Shown here piece after piece: positions 46,773 through 60,131 of a stretch of DNA of 64,000 nucleotides. Numbering within the stretch: the stretch's first letter is position 1; every line of letters starts with the position of its first letter. The notes under the pieces were generated by a model that saw only the letters and a program-made list of their open reading frames with translations, had not been told where the DNA came from and searched no databases. The stretch lies in assembly GCA_958009085.1 (NCBI GenBank), contig OY253672.1, forward strand, positions 1,054,001 through 1,118,000, read 5' to 3'. Both the position numbers and the translations under genes were made by a program. Source of the stretch: Protoeuglena noctilucae. Its lineage: Eukaryota.

Positions 46773-48207
46773 CTACAGTTGAAGCCGCTGGGAGAGCTCC
46801 TCCTGCAGCGAGGTCTCTGCGCGCGCAGCCGTCTGCCTCGGCGCGGCACCAGCCCTCCGGGGCGTCGCAATGGGCACGGCCACGTCCACCATCTGCACTC
46901 CGAGGTGCATCGCCAGCCACGGATGTCGCAGGAGCTCCTGCGCCGAGGCTCTGGACGCCCCGTCCTTCTGAAGGCACCGGCCCAGGAAGTCCTCGAACTC
47001 GGCCGAGTACCGCCCCGGCGGCAGAGTCGGCACCTCCCGCTCGACGATGCGGTCCAGCACGTCCCAGAAACCCATCGCCCCGCCGTTGGCCGAGGGCCCG
47101 TCCCGGGGTGCATAGGGGAAGCGCCCCACCGCGCCCTCCATCAGCGACAGGCCCAGGCTCCAAATGTCGGTGTCGGACTTGTACGGCTCGCCGCGGATGC
47201 GTTCGGGACTCATGTACGAAACGGTCCCCACCCAGGACGTGCACATCTTGCTCGCTGCGGGCCGGGGAACGCACCGGGCGTCGCGGCTGGATGACACACG
47301 GTGCCCCCCGGGCCCGTCGCAGCAGAGTGCCGCTCTCACCGTCGTTGCTGATTTGCCCCGCGACGCCGAAGTCGGCGATCTTGACGTCCCCGCGGGTGGA
47401 GAGCAGGAGGTTGGAGGGCTTGATGTCGCGGTGGACGACGCGGGCCTCCTCGTGGAGGTAACTCAGGCCCTCTAGGACCTGCCTGGCCACCTTGCACAGG
47501 TAGGGCTCGGGGAGTCCGTCGGGATGGGCGCGGAAGAGCCCCTCCAGGGACCCGCAGTCCATGAACTCGAGGGCGAGGGTGATGGCGCCGTCGCGCAGGA
47601 AGGACTGGTAGCACGTGACGACGTTGGGGTGGGAGGCGAGGTGCATCGCCCGTAGCTCCGCCATGACGCTCTTGCGCACCAGCTCGTCGTGGACGGGGAA
47701 GGGGATGACCTTGACGACGAGGGGGTCCCCCGTGGGCCGGTGCACGCAGTACCGCACCACCCCGCTGCACCCGTGGCCCAGCGTCCCGTGGCACTCCAGG
47801 TCATCCATGCAGACCTCGAACAGCCCCCCCGCGCCCGCCGTACCCCGCGACGAGGCCGCGTCCTCCCGTGATGGCGACGGCAAGGTCGTGGCGTTCGTGG
47901 TTGAGGGCCGCGTCGAGCACCCCGAGTCGTTCGCGCCCTCCGCCACGGGCGAAATGGGCTCTTTCGACGCGATCTGGGTCCCCAGCCTGCGCGCATCGGC
48001 GTGAGAGCCGCTCGACCGCCGGCCATCGGGACTCGCCGTCACCCACGCGAGGCCCCTGCCCCGCCCCGCACACCCCGCGTGCGACAGGCGCGCGACCCAC
48101 CTTCCAATGGACACTCCCTCCTGACAAAACGTTCCCGACTCGGTCAGGTTGAACTGCGCGCGCCCCAGCCCCGCGCAGAGGTTGAGTGGGGACGGCCTCC
48201 CCCGCAT
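46773..48207 (-). CDS. MAP kinase kinase (plant group A-like)
   Basis: Docking-site-like MRGRPSPLNL, FNLTESGTF, GHGCSGVV, HRDIKPSNLL, DFG, WVGTVSYMSPERI and DIWSLGL. Confidence 0.93.
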
Positions 48208-48900
48208 CTCCGCCCCTCCGCCCCCACCCGCGCCCTGTGAGAGACAAGGACGGGCCCAACAGACTCGGTCGTCGGCGCGGGCCGCGGCGACGGACCAGCG
48301 GCCTCAGACAAGGCTTGCGCCCAATGCCCTTGAGTGGGCTGGGACCGCGCTGCCAGCTCCGCGGAGCCCCGCCCACCTATGCGCGTTGCTTTTTGTCGGC
48401 CACGGCGGAGAGAGGGTCGGCGTGACGCTCCTCGCGCCCGAGCGTCCGCGTCAGCTCCCTCAGATGCGTGGCGCGAACGGAGGGTGACCCGTCCAGCGGG
48501 GCGGGGGTGCCGATGCCTTGCGCCGTTGCGCGTCGCCCACGCTTATCACAATAAGCCACGAAGGACGAGTTGGGCCGCAAGCCGCTTCCTGCGTTCGGTC
48601 AAGCGGGCGGTTTGGGCTTGCGGGGCGCGGACGTGCCAGTCGCACCACCCGCCGACGTCACCAGCTGGTGCTCCTGAAAATACAACGCAAGAGCAGGTGC
48701 AAGGCCGCCGCGACCCACCCGACGGCCGATTTCGGAAATTATGCCCTTATCGTCTCCCTGCCGACCTGTAAATTCGATGTCACGTCGGTGTGTTTTGCTA
48801 CCGAGTCAAGCAGATGGGGTTCAAGCACGGCGGGCTCAAAACCCTACCCGGGTTGCCGCTTGCGGAAACCCAACGCAACGTGCCGCCGGCGGTGTGACTC

Positions 48901-51900
48901 TCAGACTTGCAGGGCCAGCGCCCGCATGGACTGAATGGCGACCTCGATCTGCTCCAGCTCTCCCCGCTGCGTCCGCAGCTGCTCGGCGTCTTTCTCCTGA
49001 ATGTCCTGCGGCCGCGCTCGGGCGAAACAGCACGTCGCCAGCCCTCCCGACGCTGCTTATCGAGGACAGCAGCCACGGCCCCCCCCACGCACCTCGGGCG
49101 TGTTGTTCTTGTACCCCGGGTCCCCCATGCGGCGCTCCATCTGTTCCGCGCGCTTGCTGGCCGCCTCCCTCTTCTTCTCCAGCTTGGCCAGCTCCTGTTC
49201 CAGGTCCACCATGCCCCGCAGGTGCAGGTGCGCCGTGACGGCGTCGTCCACCACCGCCACGCCGCACCCAGTCGGGACGTCGGCCGAGGCCGGGATCACC
49301 TCCACCTCCCCGGAGAGGCTCAGCGTGGCCACCTCCCGGGTCGCCGCGCGCAGCGTGGCCGCTCGGGCCTCGTCCGCGCACCGCAGCGTCAGCTTGGGCT
49401 GCGCCTTCGGGGCCAGGTTGTAGTCGGCCCTCAGCGACCGCACCTTGGCAGCCACGGCGAGCACCACGGCCACCTCCGCCTCCGCCTGCGCGTCCTCCCA
49501 CCCGGGCCGCGCCTGGGGATACTCGGCCACCATGATCGACGGCGCCTTCTGCGTCCAGCACGAGACACCAACCCCATTCGCATCGAACGCCCCCGACGTA
49601 CCCCCACTGCCGGCGACCCCTGCGCAGTGGCTACAACCCCTGTGCCCAGCCCAGCGTCACCTCGGAGGGGGGTTTGGGGAGGCGCTGCCAGAGCTCCTCG
49701 GTGACGAAGGGCATGAAGGGGTGGAGGAGGCGGAGGCCGGTATCCAAGCACGTCCACAGCGCTTGGCGGAAGTGAGCCATCTCTGTTGCGTCGCCCCCGG
49801 CCATGGCGGGCTTGGTCAGCTCGATGAAGACGTCGCAGAGCTTGTACTGCCAGAAGGAGTAGAGGGCGTCGGTGGCAGCGGAGAAGGCATAGGTCTCCTG
49901 CAAGGGATGCGACACGCAGGGTCGGTCAGTCTAAGCCCGATGGGCACATGCGGGCTACAGGGTGCGGGAGGGACGGCGGTGGTAACGATTACAGTGAACT
50001 TTGGCCGTTTGCGACCTCCTATGCCATGCCACTCGCCATGGCGTTGACGGTGACGGCGACCGTCTGATTGAGGTTGTGCAAGACCCAGCGGCACGCCAGG
50101 GGCATGGAGCGGGGGTCGAAGTGCTCCGCCGGCACGAAGCCCGGCCCGATGTTGAGCATGACGAACTTGAGGGCGTTCCACAGCTTGTTGCACCTGTGTC
50201 GGGGCGGGCGCAAGATGGCCCCGTCCGCATGCACTGACAAGATGCACATCCTACCCGTCACTGAGCACGTCAGCTGCTCAGAAAGTTCCGCGTGTGATGC
50301 GGCCCTGTTGCACCCCGTAGCTGGGGTCTGTGTGTGCTACGGCCGATGCGCCCCTCGTCCATGGCCAAGCCATGGCCCACCGTTGGTCTCGTCACGCAGC
50401 TCTCACCAGTTGCGGTACGCCTGGACGCGCTTGATGTCCAGGTTGATGTCCCTGGCCTGCGACGTGTAGGCCACGAGGGCGAAGCGGAGGGCGTCAGTGC
50501 CGCACTCCCCGATGCCGTCCGGGAAGTCCTCCTTTTGCCCCTGCATGGCCGTCTTGACCTCCTTGGCGTCCAGATTGCCCGTTAAGAGCGTCTTGTGGAG
50601 GTCCTCCAGGGAGATGCCCTCGATCACGTGGATGGGGTCGATCACATTGCCGAGCGTCTTGGACATCTTGCGGCCGTGCGCGTCCCGCACCATCGAGTGG
50701 AGGTACACCTGCCGGAAGGGCACCTCCCCCGTCAGCTTCATGCCCATCATGACCATGCGCGCGACCCAGAAGAACAGGATGTCGTGCCCGGTCTCCAGGA
50801 GCGTGGTCGGGTAGAACTTGGCCAGGTCCCGCGTCTGCTCCGGCCACTGGAACACCGAGAAGGGGAACAGGCCCGAAGAGAACCACGTATCAAGCACGTC
50901 CTCGTCCTGCGAGTCCATCGCAGGGGGGCGCGAGTGGGGCGTCGGTGGTTGCCGTGGCGGTCGCTCTCACCGGCGCCCTTCCAACGCGCTTGCGTGCTCC
51001 CCGCACCCGGCCCACGCGCTCGCGCGCAGTGTCACCTGCACGACGCGCACCGCCTTGCCCGGGTTGTCCGCCTGGGCCCTTGCCAGCGCCTCCTCCTCGC
51101 TGCGCGCCACGACCCAATTCCTCATGTCCTCCGAGGGCATGCCCGCGCCGCCCCGGTCCTCGCCCTCGACCTGGACGTAGTAGGCCGGGATGCGGTGGCC
51201 CCACCAGAGCTGCCGCGAGATGCACCAGTCCCGGATGTTGTCCAGCCACCGGAACCACGTGGCCTCGTACTCGCGGGGAACGATCTCCAGGCGGCCGTCG
51301 CGCACCGCCTGCGCGGCGCCCGCCGCCATGTCCTTGCAGTCCACCCACCACTGCGGGACACAGACGCACAGCGCAGGGCGGTGAGTGCGCGGGCACCACC
51401 ACCGCCTTCGACGGGCCGCCTGGGTCATCCAGCCCCATATACTGCCCCGTGCCCACGCCACCCCAGCCTCCCGGAACCCGCAAACTCGCCTGGGGCTTCA
51501 GGATGGGCTCGATGACGTCCTTGGACCGGCTGCACAGGGGGATGGCCATGGCGTTGTCCTCCGTGCCCCGGAAGAGGCCCTTGTCCCTCATGAAGTCCAC
51601 GACCTTCTTCCTGCACTCGAAGCGCTTGAGGCCCGCGAAGGGGCCACAGTTGGCGTTCATGCGGCCCTCGTCGTCCAGGATGTTGATGAACTCGAGCCCG
51701 TGGCGCTTCCCGGTGGCGAAGTCGTTCGGGTCGTGGGCGGGCGTGATCTTGACCGCGCCCGTCCCGAACGCCATGTCCACCAGCTCGGCGTCGCAGATCA
51801 CGGGCATCTTGCGGCCCAGGACCGGGTGGACCAAAAACTTGCCGTGCAGAGCCTGCGCAACGCAAGAGGAGAGGGTATGGATAACGCAGCCCCTAGCACC

Positions 51901-54900
51901 CGCCCCAGAGATGCTTCTCACAGACACCCTCTGCACCAATCCGCAACAGCGCAGGTGCCTTCCATCATTGTTCCCGCCGGGCCACCGCGCCGCTGCGACC
52001 TGTGCCTCCACACAGGTCGCACCCCGCCACATGTTTACACTCATCGTGGCAGCCCAGCGCCCTTGCCTTGTAGCGGGGGTCCTCCGGGTGCACCGCGACC
52101 GCCGTGTCGCCCAGCATCGTCTCCGGGCGCGTCGTGGCGATGACCACCTCCCCGGACCCGTCCTCCAGTTGATAGGCAAACTTGGTCAGCACGCCGAACT
52201 CGACCGGGGCGTCGTAGCCGGGGATGGACATGAGCGTGCGCCCGGGGACGTCCACGTAGTCCACCTCGATGTCGCTCACGGCCGTCCGCAGCTGGCAGCA
52301 CCAGTTCACCAGCCGGTTGTCCCTGCAGAGCATGGATGGGCACAACAGCGCTCGACACCCCACGACGGCATTTGGAATGCCTCCAAGGGCTTGCCACCCT
52401 TCCTCCCCGCAATCTAGCAAATGCACCGAGGCCCTGATGACGCGACAAGCGACCCGCTCGCCTGTAGATGAGGCCCTCGCTGTGCAGTCGGATGAAGGCC
52501 TCTTGCACGGCGCGCGACAGGTTGGCGTCCATCGTGAAAGCCTCACGGGTCCAGTCGACCGAGGATCCCAGGCGCCGCAGCTGCGTCAGGATCTTGCCGC
52601 CGTACTCCTCCTTCCACTCCCACACCTTGGCCACGAACGCCTCGCGTCCTAAGTCGTGGCGCGTCTTGCCCGTCTCCTTCTTGAGCATCTTCTCCACCAC
52701 GGTCTGCGAATAGCATCAGCATTGAGAGTTGCTGCGCCGTGCTGCAACAATGGCGTCAGGCACACACCCTGACATGCGCTGCGGTGGCGAGCCCTCAGCA
52801 TGGAACGTAAGCGTTAGCACCCACACGCTCGCTGTGCCCACCCTCGCCCGCCGCTTCTCGCCCGGCCTCGCACCTGCGTGGCGATGCCGGCGTGGTCCGT
52901 GCCCGGGACCCACAGGGTGTTGAACCCCGACATGCGCTTCCACCTCACGACCGTGTCCTCAATCGCGTTGGTCAGCGCGTGCCCGATGTGCAGCGCGCCC
53001 GTCACGTTGGGAGGCGGAATCACAATCACGAACGGCGGCTTGTCTGCGGAGACAACGGGAGAACGCTCGCCGGGCTGAGCGGGCACCCCAGGATAAACAC
53101 CCCGAACACCCCATGCTGCCCTGCACCGCCACACCAGCCACGAGTGGTGACACCCCGTCACCCCCGCCCCTCACCCGAGTCGAGGTCCGGCTTGAAGAAC
53201 CCGCACTCGCTCCACCAGTCGTACCACCCCGCCTCCACGAACTTCGGGTGGTAGCCCTTGGGCGCCTCCATGGTCACGTCCTTCTTGGCACCCTTGGGGG
53301 TGCCCCTCGCACGCTCGATCAGCGCTGCGGGTCATCAGCAAGTCGGACCATGCCACGCGCGTCCACAGCCCCAACGCACCGCGGCAGGCTCTCCGCGCGC
53401 CACAACAGGCGTCGCCACACCAGCCGCGCGCCCCTGCACCCCACGCCGCCCTCACCCGCCTCGGCCGCCTCCTCCTCCGCCCTCTTCCGAGCCTTCTCCT
53501 CCTTCTCCTTTTTCTTCTTGTCGTCTTTCTTGGTGTCGGTCTCCGCCTCAGCCGCCTTGGCTGCCGCCTTGGCCAGCGCCCGGGCCCTCTTGGCCTCCTT
53601 CTCGGCCTTCTTCGCCGCGGCCTTGGCGGCCTTCTGCGAGACACGAGTGGCGGTGCCAACGCATCGCACCTGAGCAAGCCAGAACAACGCGCGCCTCCTT
53701 ACCCCACGCAACCGTGTCGCCAGCGCTCGACACCCTCCTCGCAGACCCAACCTGACAAGCACCGTGCAACTCTAGACTCACTCACCTCCGGATCCTTCTC
53801 CTTGGCGCTCGCCCCGTCGGGCTTCCCCGCATCGTCGCCGTCCGCATCGCCCGCCTCCCCCGCAGCCGCACCGTCGCCCTTCTTGGCCTTCTTCTTCGCC
53901 TTCTTGTCCGCCACGGCCACCCCCTGGACCTCCCACCTGCTGCCCTTCGAGAACGCCGCCTCCTCTGCGAACCAAACGGTGCCGAGCCATGACCTCGCCT
54001 GCCGCAGGGCGCTGAGCCGGCATCGGCATCCCAGAGTTGGGTGACGAGAACGAGACGGCAGGGGCATCGGGGCTGAAGGCGTGGCACTTGTCGCCAAAGA
54101 GGCGCAACCAGGCTCTGCGCTCCAGGCGCTAGCTCACCGGTCCGCCCCGCCAAGGCAGGGACCCGGCCCATGGTCGCCAGCCACTGGACAATGCGGGGGT
54201 ATGAAGCGGCGCGGACATCGGCGCCGATCACGGACGTGAAGAGGGGCAGGACGGCACAGGCCACGGCTGCCTCGCCCACGCACACCCCACCCGCTCCGGC
54301 ACCCCCGCACCCGCCCTCCGCCTCCAGCTGGCCGAGCAGCCCCTCCAGGCGCTCCTGGTCTGCCTTCCGCTCCTCGTCCGTGGCCTTGGCTGCGGGCGGC
54401 GGGCGAAGGCGACGTGTGCTGGGCACGCCCGCTGCGCGACCGTTGCGCTGGCCCCAGCCAGGCACGTCGGGCCGCTCACCGCTCGTCGGAGCGATCCAGG
54501 AGGCCGACGCTGCGCCGAGTTTCTCAGCCATGTCCAGCCACTTGTCGTTCGCGTCGCGGGCCCCATAGAAATCTGCTGGTGAGGCCGGGTGGCATCTTCA
54601 TCAGGCAACGCCGAGCGCGGTGAGGCGTGTGCGCCGGGGGAACGACGTCGCCCGCATGCGCAACGCAAGCCCACCTTCGCCCGCCTTCCCCGCTGCCGCG
54701 CAGAGCTGCCGGCAGATGGCGGCGGTGCCCTCCGTGCGCCCGCTATCGGTCGTCAACACCGCATCCTGCGCACATCGAGCAGCGATTGCATGTCGCAAGG
54801 AGCGCGTTCTTGACGTTGCCAGCGCTCTTGCCCCTACCCGTCGATCTATCTCTGCAGCTGCGCGCAGGACGTTGCGGGGTGAGCCCGCCAGCGTGGGCCA

Positions 54901-54965
54901 GCGGCCCAGGGATCGCGACGGCATCCGCGAGGGCTGCTGCGCGTGCCCGTCAATGCCACCCTCAT
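48901..54965 (-). CDS. VARS: Valyl-tRNA synthetase with GST-like N-terminal extension; start codon uncertain
   Basis: [78 protein letters not shown] and a C-terminal coiled coil. Stop at 48901-48903. Confidence 0.96.
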
Positions 54966-55515
54966 GTGCCGAATGCGCGACCTCCTCGCGAGGAGCGGAT
55001 CCCGCGCGTCGGGGTGGTGTTCCGCGCACTGGAGTGAGGGGGCCCCCGGTGCATCTGGCGCAGCGAAGGCGAGGGCCGCCGAGCCCGGGGCATTCACCTT
55101 CAAGTCCGCATCCGGAGGGGATATGGAGAGATTGATTCCCAGAGCCTGGATAACGACGGCCGCCAGGGTTTGCGAGAAGTGCCCCGGAGGGGCACAAAAC
55201 GAGCTCATTGCTGCTTTTTCGAGCGACTACCACAGCTCGGCCGCTGCGCTGACCGTCAGGGGCCACGGCCAAGCGGATTCGGGGCGGCAGGGGCGGCGGC
55301 CCCCTGTCTGACTGGTCGGACGGAAAGCGCGCGAGCATCTCTCGGCTTCCCAGCACTCCCAGCGACACTTTGGATTAAAAAGTTCCTGCGCGGCCACCTG
55401 CTTGCTTCCATCTTGACCCCAGCAGACGACAGGCGTGCCCTGAAGTCTTGGCACGCCGCGAGCCCCGCCGACGGCCGCACAGGGACGCCGCAAACTGTGA
55501 GGGGTTGCGGTCAAG

Positions 55516-58500
55516 ATGCCGCGCAAGAGGTCTGGGTACATAGACAAGAAGAAGAGCACCTCGTACGCGCTGCTGGCGGGGGATGGCGACCATGGGTCGC
55601 GCGTTCTCCATCCCATCAAGCGCGGCGGACGGTGAGCCGGGCGGGCCGACTGTTCTCTCTATCGTGGTGCTGGGTTGCTCTGGCGCAAGGGCTCAAGCCG
55701 CCTCGCGGTTTCCGTCCACCACCCGGTTTAGGGTTGCCGGTGCATGGCCAGCCGCAGCGACTGGTGGCCGCCGCGCTGCCTTACGATTACATTGGCCTCT
55801 AGTTTGTCTGTCTCCCGTCCACATGCGCACCCCTCAGCAACGGTGCGCGACCCGCTGGAGCCGCTTGACCCGACCATCGCAGGTGGATTGACGGCGACGA
55901 GGCTCTGGACCATTTCCCCCAGGAGGACGGCCCGCGCGACGACCACGATGACTTTGACCGGTGGATCCAAGCGTCCATCCACCCCTCGGAGCGGCAGCGT
56001 GCGAGGGAGGAGGCGGCGCGGGCGGCGCGGGCTGGGTGAGTTTCCTCGCGCGCCCCGAAGAAAGGCTCCCTATCTTATTGCGCATTTCGTCGACAACAAC
56101 ATGTTTTACATGCCTGTGAATACGATGGGCCCCTCTCAGGGCCAGGGCGCTGTTGGGAGGCGATGGCGACGCCCCAGGCGAGTACGGCGAGGAGTTCGAG
56201 GCCAAGCGGCGTGAGATCCTTGCGTTAGGGCTTCCGGACGATGGGTACGACTACACTCAGCATTTGCGCACCATGACGGTCTTCGCGGGGGACGAGTCGT
56301 CTAGCGAGGAGGAGGAGGAGGGGAAGCTCGTGTTGGGGGAGCGCAGGAAGCGGGAGGAGGGGCAGGTGCGGGCGGACGCTGGACATCCGAGATGCCGCTG
56401 ATCTGGCCAGCTTCGTGCGGCTCTGTGTCCCGCGACGCACCCCTATGGGTCCCTCCCATGCACCCCCCCGCCCCACCCATGCGCCTCGCAGGACCGGAGG
56501 GACGGCGCCGTCGTGTTTGTGGAGGCCCCCGCGGCGCCTTCTCGCGTGGACGACCGCGCTCTGTTCAACGCCCGGCACCTGCGCGTGGACCGCGGGGCCC
56601 GGGATGACGATGAGGCGGAGGAGCGCGTGGACGCCGTCAGCGCGTTTGCGCGGCCAGGTGGGCTGTGCTTCAGAAGCCTGAGCCTCAGCTTGACCCTTAA
56701 CACCTCATCGCTTGCTTGCTTGTTTGCTTGCTTGCTTGGTGCGGGGTCAGTAGCACTGCAGCAGCTGTGGTGCGATGGGTGCCCGGTGGTGCTGCCCTGC
56801 AGTGGATGAGTTCAAGGGCTTCGCGGCGCGGGAGCTCGTGGAACTGGAGGAGGCGATGGCCCAGGCAGAGGTGGGTGGTGGTTGGAGTGAAGGGTAGCGA
56901 CGGACTGCAGATGCATGGATTCTGGCCTTGACCTGTGGAGTTGCCTGGCCCGCATCTCAGAAGCATTACCGAGCAATCGGTTTCGTTCGCAGGACGACGA
57001 GGGCGACGCGTCTTTCTTTGACGAGCTCGTGGTGCAGGCCTCCGCGCCACCGCCCCAGGGATCGTCTGAAGAGGGCGAGGAGGTGGGGAGCGAGTCGGGT
57101 GCGTCGTACTCTGACAAGAGCGAAGACGAGGAGGACGATGAGGAGGAGGGCGCTGAGGCGAACGGCAGGAGGCTCCCTTTCCAGGCGCAGAGGTATGTGC
57201 GGGTGTGTTTCGAAGGGTCGCGGTGTGCAAGTGGGCAGTGGGTGCGCGTGTTGGGTCGGGTTGCGCGGCTGGCGCTAGAGCCGCGCGCAAGCATGGCACA
57301 GTCGGCTGCATGCCATCACTGCGCCTGCCTTGGCCCACGCAGCGTGGCGTCGACTGCGTGGATGAAGCCGGCGCGCACCGACCGCAACGAGGCGCTCGAC
57401 CTGGTGGACGAGCGATTCGAGGCGATGGTCATCAAGGAGGTGCGTGCTGCTGTTAAAGAGAAGGGTCCTTGCCCTTTGGCTTCAGACCGTACCCGTTCAA
57501 CCGCCGCCTAAGACCCCTTTGCATCGAGAGCCTCGTCCCACCGCCGGTCCGCCTGGTCCCTGCAGTATTCGGAAGAGCAGTACGGGGACTTGGAGAGCGA
57601 CGAGGACGAGCGGGACCGAGCGCGTGGCCCGGGGCAGGTGTCGAGCCTCGCCCCGGCACTCGACGACTTCCTCGCCCAACACGTGGGGCCCAGTGCGAGA
57701 CAGCCCAAGGCGAGTCGATGCTGGCGCTCCCGTGGCGTGGAGCACGTCTGCTTAACACGAGAGTGGCTCACAGGCGGGGTGGCTGGTCGTTTGCTCACGG
57801 TCAGGATGCGCGCGAAGGATTGCGTCGTGTCGCTTGCAGGAGAAGCTGATTAGTGCGGCGGAGTGGTTCGCGCAGCAGGAGGAGATCGAGCGGGGGCGCA
57901 GGGCGAAGGGCAGGGGCGTCGATGGGGACAGCGACGACGCAGAGGGGGACGGGGAGGACGAAGGCGATGAGGGCCTGGGCCTCGCGGGGCCGGTGGCAGA
58001 GGGCCTGCCTGGGGGCTCGTCACCGGAGGCGAGCGAGGCGGGGGTGGAGTGGCTCAAGGAGGCGCACCGGCGGATGCAGGAAAACAGGGAGCGCGAGGAC
58101 GCGGCGGCCGCGCACGCAAAGACGAAGGAACTGGCCGAGCGCATGCAGGTGAGCGCGGGCGGTGGGTGGGTGGGAGGCATGCGGTGTGGAGGGTTGGAGA
58201 TGGCTTGAGGAGAATGGTTTGAGAGGGGTGGCTGTGAGGGAGAGTCTGCATGGGTGGGCGAAGGGACGTGCACAGGGGCGCGGGGTGCAACGTTAAGCCA
58301 CAGTGAAAGCGGCAGTCGTTGGACGAGCGTCTGGGCTTAAGTCCATCGCTTTGGCAACTGACTGGGTGCCGACAACAGTGTCTTTGCTTTCGTTTCTTAT
58401 ACAGGGGGAGGACGTGCAATTGGATGCGGAAGAAGACTGGGAGCACGCGGTGGGGAAGGGGTACCTGCGACCCACGGTGCGGAGCAAGTGGGACTGCGAG

Positions 58501-58902
58501 ACGGTCCTCTCTTTGCGGTCGAACCTGGACAACCACCCGGGGACGATCGACACGGGGCCGCGGGGCAAGATCACGCTGAGCGCCAAGACGGGGCTGCCGG
58601 TGGGGTTCGTGGGGGCGCGGCCGCTGGCGGAGGTGGCGGAGGGCTCTGAGGGGTCCGGGGAGGAGGGTTCCGAGGGCGGCTCGGGTGGCTCTGAGGGCGA
58701 CGTGCCAGTAAACGCGGGGCAGGCGCGGCCGCGCGGAGAGACGGCAGAGGAGCGCCGGGAGCGCAAGCGCGAGGTGAAGGAGGCGCGGCGGGAGGCGCGG
58801 ATGCGCAAGAAGGAAGTGAAGCAGGCGTTCGTGGGGGCAGAAAAGGAGGTGCAGCGGCGGCAGGCGCGGGGGGGGCACGGGGTCTCTGCCATGCGGCTGT
58901 GA
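55516..58902 (+). CDS. LTV1: 40S ribosome biogenesis factor LTV1
   Basis: YIDKKKSTSYAL, LGLPDDGYDYTQHLR, WDCETVLSLRSNLDNHPG and ETAEERRERKREVKEARREARMRKKE. Confidence 0.93.
56711..56737 (+). repeat. Intronic (GCTT)n microsatellite
   Basis: CTTGCTTGCTTGTTTGCTTGCTTGCTT in an LTV1 intron. Confidence 0.8.
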
Positions 58903-59165
58903 GGGTGCGTTGCAGGGGCAGCGCAGCAGTGGCTTGTTGAAAGGAACGTTTCATGATGACATATGCAGTGTCGACGCATGGGGTGTTGGCGCACGAGGGC
59001 GCCTGCCAGGGAAAGTCGCGCTGGGTGACAACAGCTCAGCTGGTAGGAATGGGCAGCGCCGTCGCTCATAGGCACAGAATGTTGGAGCGCAGTCTATGCG
59101 CGCTGTACGGAACAGAAGCGAGTTGCTGACTGAAGTGTGCGGCTGGACTGAGGCTCTAAGGGACG

Positions 59166-59907
59166 TCATACTGGTAATGCCCTCGGGAGGCATCGGGTGA
59201 CCATGTCCATCACCCCGGGGTTCTCAAGAGCTGCCGAGGTGCGCTCCTTGTCCGCCAACTGCTTATTGACCTGGGCCGAACAGAGCGACTGATCGGTGGC
59301 ATCCGAGAGCTGATGAGGCAGCGTACCATGTGTGCCCTTTCAAGCCCCGCTCGCCTGGTCGTCCGTAGAGTGGCTCCCCGGCGCCACGACGACGTCGACC
59401 TTAAACCGCCTCGGCAGGCTGCGCTGGAGCTTGACGCGGATGCAGAGGCCGATCAGGGTCGCTGCGAGCAGTGCGCCGCGCTGGGGGTCTATCGCGGAAT
59501 AGAAGTGCCAGCAAGGCAGGTCAGGCACATCGCCACAGCCTCGCACCCATGCTGCAGTGGGAGACGGTGGGCGTGAACGTGACTCGCACCCAGCCCTTGG
59601 CGTCGTCCACGGCAATGTCCTTCTCCTTCACCACGTCGAGCTGCTCCAGCGTGTACGGATGCTCCGGGTCTTGTATGTCACGAATATGCTCGAAAACCTC
59701 CTGAGCGTCGATGGGTTCCTGCGTGGGGCGAGTGGCGAACGCCCAACTCATCCTCGCGTCGTGGCAGCGGAGCTGGAGCCTGCCCCGCCACCCCAGCCGT
59801 ACCCTTGCACTGCCGTCATCCTCAGCGCGTGCCTCCCTCGGGCGCCGGGACAGCGATGCGCGCTCGTGGACCACGGGGTTCGGGTTGATGAGCGCGCTGG
59901 CGTCCAT
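59166..59907 (-). CDS. AE7: Cytosolic Fe-S assembly factor CIA2/MIP18 (AE7/FAM96B-like)
   Basis: [38 protein letters not shown] and [17 protein letters not shown]. The last intron is GC-AG (59271-59354). Confidence 0.96.
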
Positions 59908-60131
59908 GGCCGCGCTGGCTCGTCGAGGGACGCGCTGTGCCCTTGTCACGCACGCGATAGCCACCAAGTGAACGCAGACGGCCACAAAGCGAAGGGATGA
60001 CCCGGCTTTTGGGGTTTGAAACTTGCCAGAGTTCGGCGTCGCCCCGCGGAGATCCCGGGCGCGTGCGGCTCCCTCGTCGCCATCCACCTGCTCGAATTCC
60101 CGCGTTGTATCGGAGCAGAGGCGCAGAGAAG

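Noticed and set aside
58953..59135. Box C-like ATGATGA with downstream CTGA (possible C/D snoRNA)
   Set aside because: It lies in the convergent 3' UTR zone of LTV1/AE7, the spacing is long, and I see no terminal stem or recognisable rRNA antisense element.
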